This document shows positions 56,302 through 64,000 of a DNA stretch of 64,000 bases, in pieces. Where the stretch lies: NCBI GenBank assembly GCA_036677065.1, contig JAKFBS010000001.1:544001-608000 (forward strand), in the 5' to 3' direction. The DNA is from Bdellovibrio sp. Lineage in GTDB: Bacteria > Bdellovibrionota > Bdellovibrionia > Bdellovibrionales > Bdellovibrionaceae. Below the pieces are notes generated by a model. That model was not told the origin of the DNA and did no database searches. It worked only from the letters and a program-made list of their open reading frames with translations. A program made the translations under genes and the position numbers. Within the stretch, counting starts at the first letter, position 1. The number at the start of each line of letters is the position of its first letter.

Positions 56302-58032
56302 TTATTCTCGTAAAAGATAATTGAAAAAAGCAACGATCCCTAATACGCCTGCAGCGATGTAGCCGATCACGCTAAATGCCGGCATATCAGCGATCAACCA
56401 CATTCCCGGAATACTTCCAGACATAGCGTAGATCATCGAGCTAGCCAGAATTAACGACGCGATAATCACACCTAAAAATAATAAGTGAAATGAATTTGAA
56501 ATCGTTTTTTGTAAATAGGGTAAGCCATCGATTTGGATTTTCGTGTGATAATCCGGCGAATTCATTTTTCTCATGATTAAATTAAGCTGTCTTGGTAGCG
56601 CGCTTAAAAAAGTTTTTGATTCGCGAAACAGAAGACTTGCTTCATTGGCCATTTTCACAGGTTGAAAGAAGCTTTGGGCCACTTCGCCCACTTGTGAAAG
56701 TGTAAAGGCTAAGAAATCAAAGTCTTTAGAAATTTTAGATCCTAAACCTTCAATTGAAATAATAGATTTAAAAAATAACATCATTTCAGTCGGTACAACT
56801 AACCCCTGAGAAGCGGCGATGCCTGCTGAAGCCATTAAGATCTTACCTGCATTTACATTCTTAAGCGTTAGTCCGTAATAAGGTGCAATAACTGCCTGTA
56901 GATCTTTAGCAAATAGATCGACGTTCACATTTTCAGAGAATGGCGCAAGATCGACATATTCATAAGCTAAGCGCGTATAGTCTTCTTTTGAAAGAGCTAA
57001 GAGCATATTTACAATTGCTGACTGGGTTTTTGAATTTAAACGGCCAACAACGCCGAAATCGATCAAACCGATTTTATCATCAGGCATGATAAAGAAGTTT
57101 CCGGCGTGCAGATCACCGTGAAAGAACCCATCGATAAAAACCATCTTTAAATAAGCTTTTAAACCCTTTTTGATCACATCATCAGGATTAATGCCTAAGG
57201 CTTGCAGAGATTCAACTTTACTTAAGGGTTTACCTTTAAGTTCTTCCATCACTAACACACGCTCGGTGGTCATCTCGAAATAAACTTTCGGAATCACCAT
57301 GGTTGGGTCATCTTTAAAGTTTTCTTTGATGCGGCGAATGTTATTGGCTTCAACCACGAAGTTGGTTTCAAGCTCTAAAGTTTTAAAATATTCATCCACC
57401 ATCGCCACAGGATTAAAAGAACGGGTTTCAGGAATATATTTTTCTAAAAGCTCAGCAATAAAATAAAGAACATTTAAATCGTCATTAATTTTTTGCACAA
57501 TGCCAGGGCGTTGGATCTTTAAGACGACGTGATCGCCGTTAATCATTGTGGCTTTGTGAACTTGCGCGATACTAGCTGCGCCAATTGGTTTTTCGTCGAC
57601 AGATTGGAATTTAGTTTTCCAGTGCGCACCGAATTCTTCAACTAATACGCTTTCGATGGTTTTAAAATCTAATTCTTGCACTTGATCATGCAATAAAGAC
57701 ATCTCTTGAATGTAATCATCAGGAACCAAATCAGGACGTGTTGCTAAAAGCTGGCCGAATTTAACAAAAGTAGGCCCTAATTCTTCAAAACTTAAACGTA
57801 AACGTTGTGGAATCGTCAGAAGTTCTTTTTCTTCTGACGATTTGTTGTTTGATGAAAGGAAACTATCTAGATTTAGCTTTTCTACCAGATTTCGTAGGCC
57901 GTGCTTTGCGAACACCCCGAGAATCGTCCGAAGACGAGTCACGTTTTTTAGAGTCTTGCCTATTTGAAGAGAACTTATCGCCAGACTTTGCTTTGGCCGG
58001 TCCGTTCTTCTTGTGTGATGAGTGGTTGTCAT
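56302..58032 (-). CDS. UbiB/AarF (ABC1) family atypical kinase
   Basis: LGPTFVKFGQLL.TRPDL, AASIAQVH, KIQRP, FFHGD.H.GN and IDFG.VG motifs; two C-terminal TMs; start codon uncertain (58032 or 57942). Confidence 0.92.
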   Translation of the reverse strand: MTTTHHTRRTDRPKQSLAISSLQIGKTLKNVTRLRTILGVFAKHGLRNLVEKLNLDSFLSSNNKSSEEKELLTIPQRLRLSFEELGPTFVKFGQLLATRPDLVPDDYIQEMSLLHDQVQELDFKTIESVLVEEFGAHWKTKFQSVDEKPIGAASIAQVHKATMINGDHVVLKIQRPGIVQKINDDLNVLYFIAELLEKYIPETRSFNPVAMVDEYFKTLELETNFVVEANNIRRIKENFKDDPTMVIPKVYFEMTTERVLVMEELKGKPLSKVESLQALGINPDDVIKKGLKAYLKMVFIDGFFHGDLHAGNFFIMPDDKIGLIDFGVVGRLNSKTQSAIVNMLLALSKEDYTRLAYEYVDLAPFSENVNVDLFAKDLQAVIAPYYGLTLKNVNAGKILMASAGIAASQGLVVPTEMMLFFKSIISIEGLGSKISKDFDFLAFTLSQVGEVAQSFFQPVKMANEASLLFRESKTFLSALPRQLNLIMRKMNSPDYHTKIQIDGLPYLQKTISNSFHLLFLGVIIASLILASSMIYAMSGSIPGMWLIADMPAFSVIGYIAAGVLGIVAFFNYLLRE

Positions 58033-60406
58033 CTTTGTTGCTTCCTTTTTTTGCCATTTGATCTAGGTAATCAGATAAATTTGCATATCTTGGGCGAATA
58101 ACTTGTTGGCCACCTGGTGTAGCTGGTTTTTCACCACGCTCATCAGCCGGAGCTGATGGTTTAAAGCGGGCTTCATGTTTTTGAATCGCCTGCATTTTTT
58201 GAGACTTCGCCGGTTGGTTGCCAGAGCTTCGCCCTGGCCTGAAATCATCGCCACGTTTTCCTGAAGCAGGTTTTTCTTTTTGAAAGCTTGGAAATTTCTT
58301 GTCTGCTTTAGCAAAACGATCGCCGCCTTTTTCAGGACGAGCAGATCTGTCAGGTCTGTCTGACTTTTCAGAGCGGTCATTGCGTCCGCCTCTATGGCCA
58401 GATTTTTTAAAGTCATCTTTACCGCGGGCATATTTAGAATTATTTTTTCTGCCCGTAGCTTTAGATTCGGTAGCGCCTTCTAAAAGAAAGTTAACTTGGC
58501 CACTTTCGATATCTGTAGAACTTACAGTAACACGTACGCGATCACCTAAGTTGTAACTGGCGCCTGAGCGCTTGGCGACAAGGCGAAGGTTTTCTTCGTC
58601 AAATTCCCAGTTGTCGCCGCCAAGATCATCAAGACGAATTAAACCATCAATATTATATTCGCGAAGTAAAACGAATACGCCAAACTTAGTGACTGAACTG
58701 ATCATGCCATCAAAAGTTTGTCCGACTAAACGTTTCATAAAGCGGGCTTTTTTGATTGCTTGAATCTGGCGTTCAGCTTTTGCCGAACGTTGTTCGCAGG
58801 CAGATAGCCAAGTTCCGGCAGTTTGAATATCTTCATCGGCCATTAAACGATATCCACCCGGAGCACCGATAATGTTTTTCAATAAACGATGAACAATTAA
58901 ATCCGGATAACGGCGAATCGGTGAAGTAAAGTGAGTGTAGAAATCAAAACCTAAACCGAAGTGACCAATATTTTCTAAAGTGTAACGGGCTTGGCTCATC
59001 GAGCGCAGAGTTAACATATGAATCACTTGGGCTTGCGCTTCGTTGGTAAACTCATGCAAAGCTTTCGTTAATTTTTTTTGTAAACGATCGCCTGATAAAT
59101 GAGTTTGCGCGCCGAAACTGTTCATGAACTTTTCAAGCATTGCAATTTTTAATGGATCGGGTGGCTCATGCGTTCTAAAGATCGCCGGAATATCTTTTTT
59201 GCCAAATTCTTTTGCGACAGCCACATTAGCCGCTAACATCATTTCTTCAATCAAACGATGTGCAAATAAACGTTCTGATTTAATGACATCAACTGGTTCG
59301 CCCGTGCCATCAATAACTAATTCAGTTTCAGGCACTTCTAAATCAAGTGAACCTTCTTTAAAACGTTTGGCCATTAAAACTTTAGCTAAATCTGCACAGC
59401 GCATGATGTTTTCTTTAACGTGCGCAAACTTTTTATGAGTTTCACTGTCGCCTTCAGGGTTATCGACAATTTCTTGCGCCTGACCGTAAGTCACACGTGC
59501 TTTACTTTCAATGACGCCTTCATAGAATGAAGACTCTGTCATCACACCGGTAAAATCAAAGTGCATGTCGGCGACAAGAGCTAGGCGGGGAACATGAGGG
59601 TTTAGCGAACATAATCCATTTGATAAAGCTTCTGGTAACATCGGAATCACGAAATTCGGAAAATAACATGAAGTTCCGCGTTCGTAAGCATCTTTATCCA
59701 TAGAAGTGCCAGGTTTTACATAGTGACTGACATCGGCGATGGCTACGATTAAATGAAAACCACGCCCATCCATATCCACATGAACAGCATCATCGAAATC
59801 TTTCGCGGTAGCTCCATCTATAGTAATGATATTGATATTGCGAATATCTTTGCGGCCTTTGAAATCTTCTTCAGTTGGATTAGTCGAATATTTTTTGGCT
59901 TCTTCTAAAGTAGCAGGAGAAAACTCTTCAGGAATGTTTTGTGCTATCACAACACGTTTAATATCGTTTAAGGCATCTTCGATATCGCCGATGATTTCAA
60001 CAACTTCACCCATGAATTCGCCTTTATCAGGATATTCAGTGATGCGGGCTACAACTAATTCGCCCTTTTTAGCTTTTAAAGACTTATCTAGGGGTATTTT
60101 TAGATCTTTTCCCCAGCCTTTGCCTTCATCTTTAATCATTCCGAAACGTTCGTTCCAGATTGTAAACGCTCCAGCGATTTTTTTCTGAGAGCGATCATTG
60201 ATATTCATGATTTCGCCACGAAACCTGCCATCACGTTCTTTTTCAGCCGTGATTGAGACTTTATCGTTGGTCATTGCGGTTTTCATAGCTTGGGCAGGGA
60301 TAAAAACATCGGGATGTTCTACATCTTCTGGAATAAAGAAGCCAAAGCCGTCGGGGTGTCGTTTGATTGTACCGTGCAGAAGACGGGGAACACTTTTGTT
60401 TTTCAT
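57863..60406 (-). CDS. rnr: Ribonuclease R with long basic disordered tail
   Basis: Cold-shock GFGF domain, TIDG.TAKDFDDA, HFTSPIRRYPDL, S1 domain. Confidence 0.96.
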   Translation of the reverse strand: MKNKSVPRLLHGTIKRHPDGFGFFIPEDVEHPDVFIPAQAMKTAMTNDKVSITAEKERDGRFRGEIMNINDRSQKKIAGAFTIWNERFGMIKDEGKGWGKDLKIPLDKSLKAKKGELVVARITEYPDKGEFMGEVVEIIGDIEDALNDIKRVVIAQNIPEEFSPATLEEAKKYSTNPTEEDFKGRKDIRNINIITIDGATAKDFDDAVHVDMDGRGFHLIVAIADVSHYVKPGTSMDKDAYERGTSCYFPNFVIPMLPEALSNGLCSLNPHVPRLALVADMHFDFTGVMTESSFYEGVIESKARVTYGQAQEIVDNPEGDSETHKKFAHVKENIMRCADLAKVLMAKRFKEGSLDLEVPETELVIDGTGEPVDVIKSERLFAHRLIEEMMLAANVAVAKEFGKKDIPAIFRTHEPPDPLKIAMLEKFMNSFGAQTHLSGDRLQKKLTKALHEFTNEAQAQVIHMLTLRSMSQARYTLENIGHFGLGFDFYTHFTSPIRRYPDLIVHRLLKNIIGAPGGYRLMADEDIQTAGTWLSACEQRSAKAERQIQAIKKARFMKRLVGQTFDGMISSVTKFGVFVLLREYNIDGLIRLDDLGGDNWEFDEENLRLVAKRSGASYNLGDRVRVTVSSTDIESGQVNFLLEGATESKATGRKNNSKYARGKDDFKKSGHRGGRNDRSEKSDRPDRSARPEKGGDRFAKADKKFPSFQKEKPASGKRGDDFRPGRSSGNQPAKSQKMQAIQKHEARFKPSAPADERGEKPATPGGQQVIRPRYANLSDYLDQMAKKGSNKDDNHSSHKKNGPAKAKSGDKFSSNRQDSKKRDSSSDDSRGVRKARPTKSGRKAKSR

Positions 60407-61011
60407 TATATTGTTAATACTCGCTTTCAGCTAAATAAAGTCTAGCGCCTATATATAGACAGCTCCAACAAAAAATCTGAACCATATATAGACGGGGCAA
60501 ATACGAAAAATGACGATAAATAAATATTTCTAGGGCGTAGAAAGCCCCGCACAATTCGGCGAGCACCGTGTAAAAGCCAAATTCAGAAAGAATTCCTAGA
60601 CCATTGTCGGGGAATTAACACGGCGCAATCGCCGCAGCACAAAAAAGTTGTATTGAAACATAATCATTGGTTCGCTACGTGAAAAAAATCGCCCGAATAA
60701 AGAGCAATTACTCTACAACAAAAATTATTGATTAAACAAGATTTTCAGAGACAAAAGTCTGTGTCTATTAGGAAAAAAACGAACAACAAAAACTAGGCAT
60801 TTTAGCAAAAAATATTTTTTGACCCACGGATTACAATTGATGCAACAAAACCACAAAGCGCGAGATTTTAAACACCTTTATCTACGCTAGACTTTGATCT
60901 CAAAACTTTTCCCGTTGCGCAGGACTTATGACCTTATTACCATCATCTTATAAGTTTAGAAAAAAATTAGCGTTTTATAACGAAACGATATTAACGAAAG
61001 GGACAACAACA

Positions 61012-62154
61012 ATGAAACAACTATTAGTAATTGCAATTGCTTTAGCTTCAACTAACGCATTCGCATCTCGCGCGAGAGTAAAATCTTTAGGAAACTCTGC
61101 ACACATCACTGACACTCAGTCTATCTTCTCTAACCCTGCGAAAATGTTCTTAATGGGCGATTTCGTTTCTTTAGAGTCTGGTAAAACAGATACTAACAAT
61201 GCTGCAGCTGCTGCAAATCCAAATGACAACGCAGAAGGTACATTAGTACGCTCTATGGGAGATGCTAAAGTAGGTTTAGCTTTAGGTCACAAATCTGAAA
61301 ACGCTTCTATGTTTGGTTTACGTTCTATGTTAGCTGCAACTGTTGCTGCTAATTCTAAGTTCGAGCAACAAAATCCAATCGAATTATCATACGGTATGAA
61401 ATCTGGCGATATGACTTGGGCAGCTACATTAGTTTACTCTAACTACAACGACAAAAAGAATGAAATCAAAGAAGATTCTGCTGGCGTTCGTTTAGGTTTA
61501 TTAATGGGTGCTTGGGATATCAATGTAGGTATCGGTCTATCTTCAAATGTTAAAGATAAATTAGCTAACGGTGGCGCTCCTGCTACTGGTGTTGACTTTA
61601 AAGGTACGGGTTCTTACCAAGTATTTGCTGGTTACAACATGGGAAGTCTTTACACATACGGTGATGTAACTATCGCTGGTGCGAAAATGGAAAGACAAGA
61701 TACTGGTGCTGAATTAGCTAACGTTGATGCAACTAGAATCTCTATCGGCGCTATTGAATCTATTAAAAAAGATGGCAACGAATTTTTCTACGGTGCTAAA
61801 TTAGCTAGCTTCACACAAAAAAATAAAACTGCTCCAGAAAATAAAGTTACAACATTAACTTTACCGGTAACAGTTGGTTTAGAAGCAGAAGCTACTTCTT
61901 GGATGACTTTACGTGGTTCATTAACACAAACAGTGTTAATCAATAACTCTAAAGATGAAACTACTCCAGCTGATCCATCTGATACTGAATTTGCTCCAGG
62001 CGCTAACAATACAGTAGCTGCTATCGGTGCAGGTTTAAAATTCAACAAAATCACTGTTGACGGTACTTTAGAAGGTTTAACTGGCGCAGCTCCTTCTCAA
62101 GATTTAAGCGGCGACACTTTATTAACAACTGTTGGTTTAACTTACATGTTCTAA
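61012..62154 (+). CDS. Major outer-membrane porin-like protein (Bdellovibrio OMP/PopA-like), copy 1
   Basis: Signal peptide, mature N-terminus SRARVKSLGNS.H, QQNP motif, C-terminal GLTYMF; strongly biased codon usage. Confidence 0.8.
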   Translation: MKQLLVIAIALASTNAFASRARVKSLGNSAHITDTQSIFSNPAKMFLMGDFVSLESGKTDTNNAAAAANPNDNAEGTLVRSMGDAKVGLALGHKSENASMFGLRSMLAATVAANSKFEQQNPIELSYGMKSGDMTWAATLVYSNYNDKKNEIKEDSAGVRLGLLMGAWDINVGIGLSSNVKDKLANGGAPATGVDFKGTGSYQVFAGYNMGSLYTYGDVTIAGAKMERQDTGAELANVDATRISIGAIESIKKDGNEFFYGAKLASFTQKNKTAPENKVTTLTLPVTVGLEAEATSWMTLRGSLTQTVLINNSKDETTPADPSDTEFAPGANNTVAAIGAGLKFNKITVDGTLEGLTGAAPSQDLSGDTLLTTVGLTYMF

Positions 62155-62185
62155 TTGAACATGTAATTTGAAGGGATATAAACAT

Positions 62186-63292
62186 ATGAAATTATTATTA
62201 ACATTAGCGATCGTATTAGCTTCAACTTCTGCATTCGCAACACGCGCAAGAGTAACAGCTTTAGGAAATGCAGCTCACTTAACGGATGCTTCAACTGTTT
62301 ACAGCAAGCCTGCTGACATGTTTGCAGTTTCTGATTCTTTAACAATCGAATCAGGTAAAACAGACCTAGTTCCGGGCACTGACGTTTCAACTTCTTTAGG
62401 TGCTGAAGCTTTAATGATCCGTTCAACTGGTGATGCTAAATGGGCTTTATCATTAGGTCATGACGATGCTCGTTCATACGCGCAACGTTCAGATGCTAAT
62501 GCAACTGTTGGTGCTATCATCGGTCAACAAAATCCATTAGAAGTAACTTACGGTATGAAAACAGGCGATATGGCTTGGGCTGGTACTTTAGTTTACTCTA
62601 ATTTCAACAATAAAGTTGCTGAAGTTAAAGAAAGCACAACTGGATTAAAATTCGGTGCTGCTACGTCTACTTGGGATGCAACTGTTGATTTAGGCTTAAC
62701 TGACAAATGGGAAGCTTCTGCAACTAACGACGAATTCAAAGGTAAATCAAACATCGCGGTTCGTGGTGGTATGTGGATTTCTTCTGATATGTACGCTTAT
62801 GCTGACGTTGCTATGGGCGGTTTTGAAACTACAGTTACTGGTACAGTAGCTTCTGAAATCAAAACTACTGATATCGTAGTTGGTGCTATCAACACTATGA
62901 AAAATGACGGTAACGAATTTTTCTGGGGTGCTGGTTTAGCGTCTTCTCAATCTAAAGATTCAAAAGGTATTGAAACTAAAGAAACTTCTTTATCTTTACC
63001 TTTCATCATCGGTGTTGAAGCTAACGCAGCTTCTTGGTTAACTCTACGTGGATCTGTAGCGCAAAAAGTACTTATCCAAAACGAAAAAGAAGAGAACAAC
63101 ACAGCAACTCCGATCGTTTCTGAAGCTTCTCCAGGCGCAAACAGCACAACTTTTGCTGCGGGTGCTGGTTTAAAACTTGGTAAACTTGCTCTTGATGGTT
63201 CATTATTAGCAGTTACTGGTTCAAATCCATCTGGCCAAGAAGTTAATGCTGACGACCTATTAGGTACAGTTGGTTTAACTTACGCTTTCTAA
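62186..63292 (+). CDS. Major outer-membrane porin-like protein (Bdellovibrio OMP/PopA-like), copy 2
   Basis: Mature N-terminus TRARVTALGNA.H; shares QQNP.E..YGMK.GDM.WA..LVYSN, DGNEFF and SW.TLRGS with copy 1; ends GLTYAF. Confidence 0.8.
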   Translation: MKLLLTLAIVLASTSAFATRARVTALGNAAHLTDASTVYSKPADMFAVSDSLTIESGKTDLVPGTDVSTSLGAEALMIRSTGDAKWALSLGHDDARSYAQRSDANATVGAIIGQQNPLEVTYGMKTGDMAWAGTLVYSNFNNKVAEVKESTTGLKFGAATSTWDATVDLGLTDKWEASATNDEFKGKSNIAVRGGMWISSDMYAYADVAMGGFETTVTGTVASEIKTTDIVVGAINTMKNDGNEFFWGAGLASSQSKDSKGIETKETSLSLPFIIGVEANAASWLTLRGSVAQKVLIQNEKEENNTATPIVSEASPGANSTTFAAGAGLKLGKLALDGSLLAVTGSNPSGQEVNADDLLGTVGLTYAF

Positions 63293-63313
63293 TTTTAATT
63301 AGAAATTGTATTG

Positions 63314-63346
63314 AAAAGGCTCGGTTTATACCGGGCCTTTTTTTTT
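63314..63346 (+). terminator. Intrinsic terminator after the OMP pair
   Basis: AAAAGGCTCGGT-ttat-ACCGGGCCTTTTTTTTT. Confidence 0.85.
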
Positions 63347-63460
63347 GCCTAAAATTAAGTGAAGAATTTACGCTAATCGCCTCACTGGGCGATTTTTTAT
63401 TTCAGACATCAGCAAGTGCTCGGCACGCGAAGATCGCTTCATCACAAGCCCGCTAAGGCC

Positions 63461-63499
63461 AAAAAAAATCCCCGATAGACATCTCTACCGGGGATTTTT
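63461..63499. terminator. Intrinsic terminator for the minus-strand gene at the right edge
   Basis: AAAAAAAATCCCCG...CGGGGATTTTT. Confidence 0.75.
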
Positions 63500-63522
63500 A
63501 TTTTCATTCTAAGTCTTAAGAA

Positions 63523-64000
63523 CTATTTCGCCATTTTCTTTTCGTCTTCTGCTTTTACATCGTAGTAGTCAGGCATTACGAAATCAGGAGTGAACGGGTA
63601 TTTGTAACTCTTGTAAGCTTTCACTTCAGGAGCTCCGGCTTCTAAGTAAATCTTATCCCAGAAAGAAGCTAACAGGATTGCGGCTCTGGCCATTTGTTCG
63701 ATTTGTAATTTTTCGAACTTCTTAAATCCAACTTCTGGTGGTTGGCGTTTTGCTGCTGATTTTAAGCTGATACCTTTTTCAACCTTGTAAGTTGAAGGAG
63801 CCGTCATCGGATCAAGTTTGAAAACTGTTTTTACTTCTTTAAATGAAAGTTCAGAGAGTGCTTTCATTCTTTCAACGACTGTTAGTTTGTCTTTCATGAA
63901 ACTTGCGCTTTTCATTGTTTGCGCTTTTTTCACGATACGATCTTGCATGTCTGGCCCAAAGAAAGCCACTGTCGCTTCTTCGTAGTAACCATGAATACCA
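63523..64000 (-). CDS. C-terminal part of a probable S1/P1 nuclease / zinc phospholipase C family protein (start outside window)
   Basis: Frame stays open to the window edge and reads GIHGYYEE (H-x-x-aromatic-E/D Zn motif), followed by the helix QMARAAILLASFW. Confidence 0.55.
   Translation of the reverse strand, partial: GIHGYYEEATVAFFGPDMQDRIVKKAQTMKSASFMKDKLTVVERMKALSELSFKEVKTVFKLDPMTAPSTYKVEKGISLKSAAKRQPPEVGFKKFEKLQIEQMARAAILLASFWDKIYLEAGAPEVKAYKSYKYPFTPDFVMPDYYDVKAEDEKKMAK

Noticed and set aside
60490..60530. c-di-GMP-I riboswitch suggested by GGGCAAA...GAAA
   Set aside because: The following GNRA-capped stem and the GCAAAG/P3 elements cannot be formed.
1120..63147. Numerous 60-120 aa ORFs overlapping larger genes (e.g. 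13357-13674, 45247-45561, 58063-58431, 59826-60188)
   Set aside because: Shadow frames of well-supported genes, with no RBS or recognisable motifs.
1..64000. CRISPR array, tRNA/rRNA, IS, integrase or prophage genes
   Set aside because: No regularly spaced repeats, cloverleaf/rRNA signatures or mobile-element proteins were seen by eye.

Overview
AT-rich, gene-dense chromosomal window from a predatory Bdellovibrionota bacterium (Bdellovibrio/Pseudobdellovibrio-like). This assignment is inferred from the TIGR02147-type protein, 'FYQNC' lipoprotein signal, Bdellovibrio-type LexA box, tandem trypsin lipoproteins, DacB-like endopeptidase and tandem PopA-like major outer-membrane proteins. Housekeeping content: tyrosine catabolism end steps (maiA, FAH family), oxyR, lexA, ung, mutY, dppABC, icd, a shikimate-to-menaquinone cluster (aroB, aroA, fused aroK-aroD-aroE, aroC, ubiE/menG, DAHP synthase, menF, menD, menH), pip, add, transketolase, pcnB, DEAD-box helicase, speB, msrA, ubiB-like kinase and rnr. 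Many exported hydrolases are interspersed. I saw no rRNA, tRNA, CRISPR array, transposase, integrase or prophage genes. The best candidate novel system is an adjacent pair of exported enzymes: a lipoprotein with two uracil-DNA-glycosylase-like domains and a signal-peptide-bearing metal-dependent deaminase (47724-51566). Other highlights are a sigma28-driven structured sRNA candidate (11235-11330), widespread leaderless-type starts, a toxin-like three-gene locus (17791-21249), a 24-bp palindrome beside the TIGR02147 gene, and a long rnr/ubiB dual-coding overlap. All calls come from reading motifs by eye; no database search was run.
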